A stretch of 64,000 nt of DNA from Eledone cirrhosa (Eukaryota). Below the pieces are notes generated by a model. It was not told where the DNA came from. It saw nothing but the letters and a program-made list of their open reading frames with translations, and searched no databases. Made by a program: the position numbers and the translations under genes. Below, one piece after another: positions 38,450 through 50,339 of this stretch (the stretch's first letter is position 1; each line of letters begins with the position of its first letter). The DNA lies in contig OZ024741.1 of NCBI GenBank assembly GCA_964016885.1, forward strand, positions 112,840,001 through 112,904,000. Direction: 5' to 3'.

Positions 38450-38768
38450 CACTCACTCTGTAAATTGGTGATGTTGGTGTCACAACAAAAGGTATCCAGT
38501 CCAGCCTGCAAAGTGGTCATATTGTTGATGCAACAAAAAGCATCTGGTTCACCTTGTAAGGTGGTCATGTTAGTGCGACGATAAAAGCACTTAATCCACA
38601 CTGTAAACATGTTTAGTATTAAGAAGGGCCTCCTGTCATAGAAACCAAGCCAGAAACTGTTAAGTATGTACACGGCACAGTCACCTGATATAACTTTCTC
38701 ACAATGGGACAACTCTAACCCATGCTCACGTGGAAAAATAGATGTTAAACGGTGATGATGATGATGAT
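38450..38768 (+). mobile_element. Old RTE-type 3' UTR fragment
   Basis: ccacactgtaaa..., aacccatgctcacgtggaaaa...gttaaacggtgatgatg tail. Confidence 0.7.
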
Positions 38769-38805
38769 TGCGATATATATATATATATTTCTACACATGC
38801 ACACA

Positions 38806-38849
<44 letters not shown>

Positions 38850-39264
38850 TGTTTGTTGCTTCATGATATCAAAATCAGACATTTTCATGAATTATTGGCA
38901 AAAAGAATTTTATTGCTAGGTGCTAGGAATATATTTTTAGGTTTTCCTGCCATTGTTTTACTCTTTCAGTAGAAATAACATTTACCATTATGATGATATT
39001 CCTCCCTTGCAACCTCATTCACACAGTAGAACTTCTGTCAATGCCAAGGGCAAAATCCAAAAATAATTTTATGGCTTAAAAACTTTTAATCTTTTTGAAG
39101 TCAATAATTGAATAACGAATCAGCTACTCCATATATATGTCTGTAGATAATATTTTGTGTTATCAGCAACTTGTGATATAGTAATAATAATGCTTTCTAA
39201 CATATGCCCATGGCCAGTAATTCAGGGTGAGAGGAATTCAGTTCAGCCAATAATAATAATAATA

Positions 39265-39415
39265 ATGGTTTCTGATTTAGGCACAAGGCCAGCTATTTTG
39301 GGGAGAGGGAAAGTCAATTAGATTGACTCCAGTGCATGGCTGGTACTTTATTTTATTGAACCCATTAGGATAAAAGTACAGTTAACCTTGGTGGAATTTG
39401 AACTCAGAATGTAAA
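39265..39415 (-). mobile_element. Truncated SINE (long variant)
   Basis: Main-family motifs between (AAT)n tracts. Confidence 0.8.
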
Positions 39416-39417
39416 GA

Positions 39418-39452
<35 letters not shown>

Positions 39453-39455
<3 letters not shown>

Positions 39456-40356
39456 AAAAGATGCACAAAGATACAGTAATGGACTACAAATTTCAGAAGT
39501 CCCATTTACTGCTGAAATGGAAAACACGGAAAAAGCAAAGCAGGTAAAAGTAACTGCAACGAAAGAACTGCTACAGAAACTGGCTAAGAAATGGCAAGAA
39601 AAGCCTCTGTATGGAAAATACCCAGAAAGAGCTAACAATCCTGATGTTGACAAAACTTTAACCCATCAGTGGTTGGCATCCTCTGGACTGAAATTGGAGA
39701 CTAAAGGACTGATTATATCAGCACAAGATCAGTGTCTGCCAACAAAAAATTACCAAACCAACATAATAAAAAAGGGATGCAACCCATTATGCCGTGTATG
39801 TAAAAAACAACCAGAGACCATTGATCATATAATTTCAATGTGCAGTCCTATAGCTCCAACCGAATACCTAAACAGGCATGACAGAGCTGCACAATAAATA
39901 CATTGGATAATGTGTAAGCATTTTGACCTGCCCCATCAAAAGAATTGGTGGGAGCATCAACCACCTCCCATACTTGAAAAAGATCACATCTCAATCTTGT
40001 GGAACTTTAGCATCCAAACAGACCGAAAAATAGATGCAAATAGACCTGATATAATACTGAAGGACTTTAAAAAGAGGGTATCCCTGCTAATTGATATGTC
40101 CGTTCCAATAGACAAGAATGTATCTATAAAAACATTTGAAAAATTGAGCAAGTATAAGGACCTGGAGATAGAACTTGGAAAAATGTGAAAATTGAGAACT
40201 AAAACAATACCAGTGGTTGTAGGCACTCTAGGAATGATACCTAAGGGGTCTAATGATTACTTATCCCAAATCCCAGGAAACCCGCGTATAGGAGAAATAC
40301 AAAAGATAGTACTAATGGGAACTGCCCATATACTAAGGAAGATTCTGTCAATATAA
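39453..40356 (+). pseudogene. R4/Dong-clade non-LTR retrotransposon C-terminus (CCHC knuckle + restriction-like endonuclease), 5'-truncated, two stops
   Basis: WQEKPLYGKY, LKLETKGLIISAQDQCL, CRVCKKQPETIDHIISMC, RHD, RPDIIL...LIDMSVP, KLSKYKDL, PVVVGTLG. Begins directly after (AAT)11. Confidence 0.9.
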
Positions 40357-40594
40357 GTACATCACAAGTCTAAACACCTAAAGATGCATGTAGTATTAAG
40401 GATACTATTTATTGTTATGTATATACTAAAACTTTTTATAGTTATATATATTTTAAACTCTAAACAGTGACAGACAGTAATTTATTACTACCTTATTACC
40501 AGTAAGATAAATAGCTCAATGTAATAACATCAGTTGTTCTACAGAGCAGTTATATAGAAATCACATGAATCAAAGTTCTGTTCAAACCATTTAT

Positions 40595-40643
40595 TAGCTT
40601 ACAATTGTTTCGTCCAAACCGAGGTTTGGAGTCTTCGGAGCAA
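40595..40643 (-). ncRNA. Type-I hammerhead ribozyme (CCGAAGA core variant)
   Basis: Minus strand: gcu-CCGAAGA-c-uccaaacc(uc)gguuugga-c-GAAA-caauug-UA-agc-uaauaaa. Strong stem II, palindromic ACAAUUGU stem III, GUA triplet, U4>C. Confidence 0.65.
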
Positions 40644-41390
40644 CTTTTCAATGATTGTTTACATACATGACCTCCTTTCCAACACAAGAGACATACAGAA
40701 ACATATGTATATATCGATGCACAGTGGGGTGACATCCATTATAATATTTTAGCATGGCAATTTACATTCAAAAATTAAAATCATATTAAAAGAAAATTAA
40801 AACAAAATTAAAGTTAAAATACAACATCGGCAGTTTACAAAGATAATGCAAGAGGATAGTTTGAAGTAGTTAGTGTATGCAATAGTTACACGTGGGGCAT
40901 GCACGTGTGTCTTATTTATATAAGATTATTGTTCGGCAAGGTGTTATATGCAATGCAAGTACTTTAAGCGGGTAATCAAGAGTATTATGGGGGTTGTATT
41001 GGTAAAGTATTTTTTATGTATGATAAAGAAGCTTGTGTGCAGAGAAATATTGAAAATGAGAAGCAAAAAATGTTATGGTTTTTGTATACACCACCATTTT
41101 CACAATCCAGGAAACGTAATATATAGATTATATGTCCTTCACATAATTAACGATGATTCAGTATTGAATGCTTGATGTATTATGTTAGATTATTACAGCT
41201 TGTTGTACTTTAATCCAATTTTATGGAGCAGGTTGTTTTTGTTGCGTGAATTTACATCGTGTGTGTGTATGTATGTTCTCTCTTGAACATTGCGAACCTT
41301 GTTGTCTCTTGAGGTGACTGATTGTGACTTGGTGAAAACTCGTATTAACATAAAGCAAGATAAATGCAACTATAATAATAATAATAATAA

Positions 41391-42008
41391 TAATTGTTTC
41401 TACTTTTGACACAAGGCCAGCAATTATCCAGTACATTACTGGTACTTTATTTTATCGACCCTGTAAGGATGAAAGGCAAAGTTAACCTCGGCGGGATTTG
41501 AACTCAATATAATAATAATAATTGTTTCTACTTTAGCCACAAGGCCAGCAATTATCCCAGTGTATTACTGGTACTTTATTTTATCGACCCCGTAAGGATG
41601 AAAGGTAAAGTCAACCTCGGCGGGATTTGAACTCAGATTGTAAAGTGACGTAACTATGCTGAATAATAATAATTGTTTCTACTTTTGGCACAAGGCCAGC
41701 AATTATTCCAGTGCATGACTGGTACTTTATTTTATCGACCCCGTAAGGATGAAAGGTAAAGTCAACCTCGGCGGGATTTGAACTCAGATTGTAAAGTGAC
41801 GTAACTATGCTGAATAATAATAATTGTTTCTACTTTTGGCACAAGGCCAGCAATTATTCCAGTGCATGACTGGTACTTTATTTTATCGACCCCGTAAGGA
41901 TGAAAGGCAAAGTTAACCTTGGCGGGATTTGAACTCAGACCATAAAGGGGCATAACTCTTTTGCTGAAAAGCATGGAGTCCAATCCTCTGCCGATACTGC
42001 CAATCCAC
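41391..42008 (-). mobile_element. Tandem array of four SINE copies (three 5'-truncated) separated by (AAT)n
   Basis: Units start at ~41391, ~41520, ~41671 and ~41822. An exact 151-bp period runs across ~41570-41905. Confidence 0.95.
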
Positions 42009-42018
42009 AATAATAATA

Positions 42019-42497
42019 AGTGGTATGAGCATAAGCCAGAGTCGGTGATAGAAAAAGATCAACTGAAGTTGCTGTGGGATTTTAGGATACAGACAGACAA
42101 GAAATTAGAACACAATAGTGGTTTTTGAAAAGGAAAAAAGATCATGCCTGATTGTAGATGTAGCCTGCCCCTTTGACACGAGTGTGCAAGAAAAGGAGTA
42201 GGAGAAAATTAACCAATACCAGGATTTAAAGTGGGAGTTAAAAAGGATTTGGGACTGTCATGAGATCAAGGCTGTCCTGATTGTCATAGGAGCACTAGGT
42301 ACTATCTCAAAGAGTTTCCAAGGATGGTTAAAGAACATTAGTTCAGCACCCTTTTTTGGAACACTTCAAAAGGCATGCTTGCTGGGAACAATACGTCCTG
42401 AATATCTGAGGCTGCAGGTAGCAGCTTGATATTCATTGGAACAAACTTTCCAGTTAAATAACATCAATGACTGAGACTCAAAGGATAATAATAATAA
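42019..42497 (+). mobile_element. R4/Dong-clade 3' fragment (RLE domain + 3' UTR + (TAA)n tail)
   Basis: WYEHKPESVIEKDQLKLLWDFRIQTDKKLEHN, IVDVACPFDT, YQDLKWELKRIW, IVIGALGTI. (TAA)n at both ends. Confidence 0.85.
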
Positions 42498-42824
42498 TGA
42501 TGATGATTTCAACAATTTGTGAGGAGTGGAAATCAATTATATTCACTCCAGCACCCATTGCCTACTGTCATTGTTTGGCCTACAGGCCAAGGTTAAACTC
42601 ATTCACTCATACTATTTTCACTACTTTCATTCATGCTTTGTCAAATATATTGAAGGAGAGCATCTCACTCTCCAAACTCACTTACTTTTTCAATCAATGG
42701 ACAAAAAAAAAATGTGAGGGCGTGACCAAAGGGGAAATGTCTGTCTAAAATCATTTCAGACTTGTCTACGACACAACTTCTTTTGCATAGCTACCAGCCA
42801 AATAAAGAAAGTAATTATAATAAT

Positions 42825-43015
42825 TAATTCTAACATTTGGATATATTCAGCAATTTTGGGCATAAAGAAAGTTGATTATATTGATCCCAATACTTTACTG
42901 ATACTTTATTTATCAACCCTTTGAAGGCTGATAAATCAAAGTTGACCCTGGCAAATTTGAACTCGGAATATAAAAAGCCATCAGAAATACCTCAAAACAT
43001 TTGTCCAGTAATCTT
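42825..43015 (-). mobile_element. Old SINE
   Basis: tactttatttatcaaccc...aaagttgaccctggcaaatttgaactc. Confidence 0.65.
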
Positions 43016-43016
43016 A

Positions 43017-44452
43017 GCTGAATTTCATCCTCCCCAGTGGCATTTCCACATTTGAGCTCTTCAATTGTTTTGTGACCTCAGCCTCCGAGAGATTAGTCAC
43101 TGCTCCCAAATGCCCATCATGTACATCAGAAGATGCTATTGTGAATGAGTTTAGGATATCAGCAAAGTATTCTGTCCATCTCACAAAGGGGCACCTCTCT
43201 GAAGAGAGAAGAACCAGATACATTCATGATAGCAGGTATGGAGGAAGGCTTCTTATTATGAAGTCAGCGGATGGTCTGCCAGAACACTTCATTTGCTAAT
43301 CTGAAGTCAGATTCCAGCTTAACCCCAAAGTCCTCTCATGCCTTAACTTTGGATGCCTTAACTGTCTCTGCTTGAATCTCCTTTGCTTGGATGCCATCTT
43401 TGACCTCTTGAATGAACCAAGAAGTCCTCCTGCCATCTGGCACCACACTCTTTCACCTGCAACATTTAACAGCTGAAGCCGAAACTGCTGAGCTGAACAA
43501 TCTCTTCTTTGTCTCAATGTCCTCAGTTTGTTCAGGGAGTTCACTGAACTTGGATGCAATAGTATCTTCATACCTGCTTCTGACTTCCTTATCCAATGCT
43601 TCCCAATTGATCCTGAACCAGCCAGTTTTGTGGGTTTCTTTGTCTTTAGGTAGTGTCAAGTTGCAGATAACTAGATGATCAGCTGACAGCTCAGCCCCTC
43701 TCTTAATATGACTATCTGCACAGAATCAGAGATCAGAGACAATAACAAAATCAATTATTGATCTCTGTCCCCGATTCCCCTTACACCATGTATATTTATG
43801 GATGTCTGTGCTAGAATAAAGTGTTTATAACAGAGAGTCCATTACTAGAACAGAAATCTAATAAGACCTCTCCATTCATATTTAGATCAAATTTGCTGTT
43901 CCTTCCAATCACTCCACAGGTGGTCAGTACCAACATTTTCATTGAAGTCTCCCATCAGGATATATGACTCAGTTTAAACTACATCTTATGCTGATTACTT
44001 CATCAAGGAAGGATTTGTATTTGGACTCCTTGTTTGGTACATACACTTATATCACCCACTCAGACCTATCTTTCCACCTAAGCTTCACAAGGCAAATTCT
44101 CCCTCCTAATGGTATCCAGTCCATAACATATTCTGACTGCTAGGGGCTTCAGAGTATCCCCACACCCACCTATGCAGTCATTTCTGGTGTCACACCTGAA
44201 TAGCGGAGTTTCCATCCCCCATCCAAATCTACAATACCAGAGCCACTGAACTTTGTTGAGGAAACCCTGGCTATATCTGGCTGGTAGCATCTAGCTTCCT
44301 CCACTAGTTCCTGCTCCTTATCTTAAAGGGATGTGATGTTTCAGATTCCACTTGTTCAGGTTTGCTCCCTTCCAAATCCTCTTTTGGGTCTTGTGATATG
44401 CAATCTTTGTGCATCCATCCCATGCCTCTCAGGACAGGTTGCAAGCCCATTG
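43017..44452 (-). mobile_element. 5' half of an RTE-clade LINE: apurinic-like endonuclease region, decayed
   Basis: Minus strand: LMGDFN, HKYTWCKGNRGQRSIIDFVIVSD, KRGAELSADH, RINWEAL, RWTEYFADILN, LSEAEVTKQLK. Confidence 0.85.
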
Positions 44453-44461
44453 GTTTACTAT

Positions 44462-44644
44462 TAATATAAAGAATGATGTGCTCATGTGTGGAGATGCTAT
44501 AAAATAAATGAAGACACATAATGACAGAAAAAGATGTTACTTGCAGCCAATGGTGACTTCTTTTTCCACCTTTCAGGGTTTCACCCTATTTTTATGCTGT
44601 TTTATAGCATCTCCATGCATGAGCACATCATTTTTTTAATATTA
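44462..44644. mobile_element. Small MITE-like element (~43-bp imperfect TIRs)
   Basis: taatataaagaatgatgtgctcatgtgtggagatgctataaaa vs ttttatagcatctccatgcatgagcacatcatttttttaatatta. Confidence 0.65.
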
Positions 44645-44892
44645 GCTTAATCTACTCAGTGCTTCAAAAACTCTGAGAGATATGATGTTTTTTAACCTTA
44701 ATACATTATTGATAAGTGAGAAATAATATTTAAACCTATCCAGTATAATGATGCTATAAAGAATATAAGAATTACTTCTTTTTTATTTATATTTTATAGT
44801 TGCTTAAATTAAAGATAGCTTTTTATTTCATACTTGTATTATAGCTTCTGCAAAAATCGATATAAAACTAAAGCAATATTTCAGATATAGAA

Positions 44893-45075
44893 GGGTGGTG
44901 AAATGGAAGAATTAGTAAAGGTTCAGATAAAATGCTATTGCCATATTTGTTCTGGTACTTTACATTCTGAGTTCAAATCCTGCCAAGATCAACTTTTCAT
45001 TTCATCCTTCTGGGAGCAGTAAATTACCAGTTAACTACTGGGGTTGATATAACAAACTTCCCTTTCCTTCAAAAC
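44893..45075 (+). mobile_element. Old SINE
   Basis: tctgagttcaaatcctgccaagatcaactttt..ttcatccttc. Confidence 0.7.
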
Positions 45076-45144
45076 TGTTTGCTGAAAACTGAGGTTGAAA
45101 AGAAAGAGGAATATCATCATAATGGTTAATATTATTTCTACTGA

Positions 45145-46146
45145 AAGTGTAAAACAATGGCAGGAAAATATAATGAAAAATAAACAAGAAATGTTTCTAA
45201 CCACAAAATACTCTTGCTAATAATTCATTAAAATGTATATTATGGAGTACCCATAAGAGTAACTCCTGCTTTAGCTGGGAAAATGGCATAGTTTGCTACC
45301 ATTTTTCACACTATTATGTACTCTTATTACTAGTTATTTTTGTCAACATAGTATCACTAAGAAGACATAATATTTTGTAGAACCATGCAGAGAAGCTAAC
45401 TAGGTTGATAATCAGATTAGACTCATTAAGGGAGATTGTTTCATTTGCAATTTGTTCCACTGAAATGTGGTTGGTGTTAGGAAGGGCATCCAGCTGTAGA
45501 AAACCCGCCAGATAGTCCTATGCGAGCAAGATAACCACTCTTGCCTCAAGTGGGAAAACCCTCCATCCAAACCCATGCAAGCGTGGAACACGGACGTTAA
45601 ACGATGATGATGATGATGATGATGATGAAACTAAACATAATTGCTGTTGCAAAATCATCATTACTTTACTTATTGAAAGAGATTCAAAGCTTCTACAATT
45701 TGTTAATTAATTATATGTGATAAACTTTTGATAAACTTTTGTCATTTAAGACGCATTCCTATTCTTTGTGATATGCGCAAAGAAACTCCGGATGTCAGTT
45801 AGAAATCATGAGTAACAGTATATATTAACTACATAATGAATGAGTTGTAGCCATGACTGTGTAGTGAAAGAGATGACCTTGCAACCACATGGTGTTAGAT
45901 TCAGTCTTATTACATGACATTTTGTCTTCTATAGCTTGGCATTGATCAAAGCTTTTTGAGAGAAATTTTGTTGATGGAAACTGTGCAGAAGCCCATCATA
46001 TTGTAGGAGAATAATAGAAAGCAGATATATCCACTCCAATTTTATCAAGGTGCATTCAATGATTTTAACTGAGTAAAGCCTTTGGTTACCTCCTCTGAAA
46101 AGAATGTGTGTGTATATATATACACATACATTCTTTTCAGAGGAGG

Positions 46147-46178
<32 letters not shown>

Positions 46179-46955
46179 TTCTTTTCAGAGGAGGTAACCA
46201 AAGGCTTTACTCAGTTAAAATCATTGAATGCACCTTGATAAAATTGGAGTGGATATATCTGCTTTCAATTATTCTCCTACAATATATATATGATGGGCTT
46301 CTGCACAGTTTCCATTAACAAAATTTCTCTCAAAAAGCTTTGATCAATGCCAAGCTATAGAAGACAAAATGTCATGTAATAAGACTGAATCTAACACCAT
46401 GTGGTTGTAAGGTCATCTCTTTCACTACACAGTCATGGCTACAACTCATTCATTATGTAGTTAATATATACTGTTACTCATGATTTCTAACTGACATCCG
46501 GAGTTTCTTTGCGCATATCACAAAGAATAGGAATGCGTCTTAAATGACAAAAGTTTATCAAAAGTTTATCACATATAATTAATTAACAAATTGTAGAAGC
46601 TTTGAATCTCTTTCAATAAGTAAAGTAATGATGTTTGGTTTCAGTGGAACAAATTGCAAATGAAACAATCTCCCTTAATGAGTCTAATCTGATTATCAAC
46701 CTAGTTAGCTTCTCTGCATGGTTCTACAAAATATTATGTCTTCTTAGTGATACTATGTTGACAAATATAACTAGTAATAAGAGTACATAATAGTGTGAAA
46801 AATGGTAGCAAACTATGCCATTTTCTCAGCTAAAGCAGGAGTTACTCTTATGGGTACTCCATAATATACATTTTCATGAATTATTAGCAAGAGTATTTTG
46901 TGGTTAGAAACATTTTTTGTTTAATTTTCATTATATTTCCTGCCATTGTTTTACA

Positions 46956-46958
<3 letters not shown>
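45145..46958. repeat. 1.8-kb inverted duplication centred on (TA)n
   Basis: 45145-46115 is the reverse complement of ~46168-46958, apart from a few substitutions, a 160-bp RTE insertion and a 20-bp indel. Confidence 0.95.
45466..45625 (+). mobile_element. 160-bp RTE 3'-terminal insertion
   Basis: Nearly identical to 61091-61253. TSD tgaaa. Absent from the opposite arm. Confidence 0.92.
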
Positions 46959-47007
<49 letters not shown>

Positions 47008-47702
47008 CATCATCATCATTGTTTATCATCCATTTTCCACACTTGCTTGGGTTAGAAAGGTTGTCATGTTATGATTTGTATTTCATGGATTTGAATTTCA
47101 GCTTCATTGCTATGGCTGGATGCCCTTTCCATTGTCTACCTCATGTCACAGGATGGCCATCATACAGGGTGGACTAGGAGCTTTTTGCTTTTTGCTGTGT
47201 CACTAGTATCAGTATCTTATGCACACGCACACACACACATATATATACACAAATGCGAGGAATCAAATATGTTAGAATTTTGTACTTCTCAATAAACAAG
47301 CTCAATAGACTTTATGTTTAGCGAAGTCACATCATGCAACCTTCAGCATGGTGAGATTTATCGGATTTAGCTCTGGATATTGGCAAGTATATTGTTCTAT
47401 GTACTATTTTTGTACCTATATTTCTCTTAGAATGGTGAACACTATAACACTGATGGGTATTCTTAATCTCCTGTAGTTTAATTATAATCAATAGTTTGTG
47501 ATCTATAATCGATTACCTAGATTGATTTTAAATTCAGTCTACGGAATACGTAATAGCGCTATAGGGTCTCTACTGATTCCATCTTGAGTACATATTCTTC
47601 TCTGAAATATGTATTTAGTATATATATATATATAATATATTGTGTATTCTCTACGTTATGTGGTTCTTTCTCTCTATATATACATATATCTTTTACATTT
47701 GA

Positions 47703-47860
47703 TATCATCATCATCATCATCATCATCATCATCGTTTAACGTCTATCTTCCACGTCAGCATGGGTTAGATGGTTTTGTTCCAGTGAGAGCAATGTTGAAT
47801 TCCTTGGGATTGATACCAGTGAGCTGGGACTCCTACTTAAACTTACCTATAGTAATAATT
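47703..47860 (-). mobile_element. RTE-type 3' terminal fragment
   Basis: (CAT)n cgtttaacgtc...ccacgtcagcatgggttaga. Confidence 0.7.
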
Positions 47861-47886
47861 ATCTAGATACATATGACCTTAGCAAC

Positions 47887-49367
47887 ATGTGCCCTACAAG
47901 ACCAGCAAGAGGCAGACCACCTACCATTACCTCAATGGCCAAGAAAACCCACACAGATAGATGGAACGGGTGGACCAGAGCCATACGGACCCCCGAAAAC
48001 CACGATGAACTAAAGAAAATGATTGCACATGCGGTGGGGGCCAGCATAAAATTAACCCTTAAGGAACATATGTTCAAATTTAATGGAAAAACATATGCCC
48101 AAGAGGAGGGAGCAGCCATTGGTGTTAGCATTGCAGGCGACATAGCTAACCTATTCATGGTATGGTGGGACAGTAGACTTAAACTTAAACTTAAAGAACA
48201 ATTAGAAGACCCCTTAACCCTGTAATGTACTCCCACTATGTTGATGATATAAACATCGTAGTTAAAACACCCCACTAGAGAACAGTCAGGAACTAGAGAA
48301 AAACACAATGGAAAGCATCCAGCAAATAGCTAACTCCATCCACCAGAGTATTAGAGTTACTATAGACTACCCAAGCAAACACCCCAACCATCGATTACCC
48401 GTACTAGACACAGAGCTCTGGTTAGATACCATTAATAACAAAAAACAAATCCTTCATTCCCATTATGCCAAACCCATGACTTCCAAATATCTGATCCACC
48501 GAAACTCAGCTGTTTCGGACCATACCAAAATCAACATACTGATTGCGGATTTGGTACGGGGTGATGAGAAACGTGTCCCGCATGTGCAACCCCGAAGAAC
48601 TAGAGAGACACATACAACACTTCATCCACCGTATGAAGTTCTCTGGTTACAATCAGAGAGATAAAATCAGAGTGTATAGAGGAGCCAGAACCAAATGGGA
48701 AAAAATGGTAAATCATGACACAAATGGGACCTGCCCCTTGTATAGGAGTAAATTTTGGAATAGAATAGAAAGAACTAGGAATAAGGCTAATAGAATAAAC
48801 TCATGGTATGATAGCAATAAATACCAGAGTGTAATGTTCATCGATACAACCCCTAGAGGTGAATTAGCTTACAAATTTAGAAGGGCCCTAGATAAACATA
48901 AACTCAATATTAAGATAGTAGAAAGACCAGGTACCTCCATAAAAACACTTATTAGCAAGACATACCCTTTTCAAAGACCTCCCTGTATAGATAAGAAATG
49001 TATAATCTGTAAATTAAGCCCCCATATTAACTATAAAACTAGAAATGTAGTATATAGCATAAGATGTACTGAAGGACAATGTAGAGATAAAAATATAGTG
49101 TACATAGGTGAGACAGCTCGTAGTATAGGGGAACGGATAAATGAACACTCGCGAGACCTTCAAGATAGTAAAGAATCATCTGTACTCTACCAACATGCTA
49201 AAATAGAACATAAGGGTAAATTAAAGAACATAGAAATAAAAATAGAATCTACACACAGAAAAGACGCAATGTTTAGACAAATCACAGAGGCAATAAACAT
49301 AAATGAACTCCAACCAAAATTAAATAGAAAACATGAGTGGAACAGCAACATCACAACTTACAATTAA
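47887..49367 (+). pseudogene. Penelope-like RT + GIY-YIG endonuclease (frameshifted)
   Basis: FKFNGKTYAQEEGAAIGVSIAGDIANLFM, YVDD at ~48237, LPVLDTEL, C..C..C..C linker, NVVYSIRC...YIGETARSIGERINEH, RQITEAINI...PKLNRKHEW. Confidence 0.92.
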
Positions 49368-49568
49368 GGACAAAATGAAAACACACACGCACATAGAACA
49401 AACAACCAACCAGTAACATGTAAGTAAACAAATAAATAAACAAATATAAACACACACAGACACCCGGATGTGGCGCATGCACAGACTGAGCACACAACAC
49501 ACACACGGAAACAAGATGGCATAGGACAGAACAAAGGAGAGGCACAAAAACAAAGAAAGGAATCCCCA

Positions 49569-49611
49569 GTCACTGAAGAGGTCACAGAATGTGTGACGAA
49601 AGAACTTTGAC
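49569..49611 (+). ncRNA. Type-I hammerhead ribozyme of the Penelope pseudo-LTR
   Basis: guca-CUGAAGA-g-gucac(agaaugu)gugac-GAAA-g(aa)c-UU-ugac, 200 bp downstream of the GIY-YIG stop and on the same strand. Confidence 0.85.
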
Positions 49612-49809
49612 AATATATAAACAACCATCTGATTGTGGAACCAACCAACCAACCGGAAATTTATAAATTCCTAAATTTATTATAATAAATTGAAGTAAAA
49701 GCAACTGGTGCGTGTGTTCCTTATTGGCAACATGACCCTCCCAAAGTATAACAATATCGGTTTCAACACACGTTTTCAGATAATGAATCTTGCTAAACAA
49801 ATTCAGAAA

Positions 49810-49864
<55 letters not shown>

Positions 49865-50339
49865 TATATATATATGCATATATATATATTGGCCCATATG
49901 ATGCTAGCAAGAGGAAAAGGTGTTAAATGATAAGGATATATATGTATATGTGTGTCCAAGTCTCATAACTGTGATTGATAAAAATATGCACGCAAGTCTC
50001 TTCAATGGGGTGCTAGAGTATAGCATGGCCACAGCCTAATGACTGAAACCAGTAAAAGAAAAAATGAATGATTTGAAACATTATCCTGTGTTTGGAAAGA
50101 TCTTTATAACTAGACACTCACAAAATCTACAGATCTTTTCATTTTATACACAAAATCCAAAATTCTTTTCAGTCATACCCACACATACAATCTACAATTA
50201 ATTATCATTTTTAATTACATATAATCTACCATTCATCTAACAGTTATGATTGGACAGGCTTGTTTATTCCATAGAATTTAAAAAACAAAAATAATCAGTT
50301 TATGAATTAATTATGACTATGATGCATTCTCGTTAATCA

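Larger units (their letters stand above)
47862..49690 (+). mobile_element. Penelope-like retroelement, 5'-truncated, with 3' pseudo-LTR region
   Basis: RT and GIY-YIG coding remnants followed by a hammerhead and AATAAA. Confidence 0.9.

Noticed and set aside
47445-47620. Hammerhead-like ctgatgg...gaaatatgtatt
   Set aside because: Core mismatch, very long stem II and no convincing stem I.
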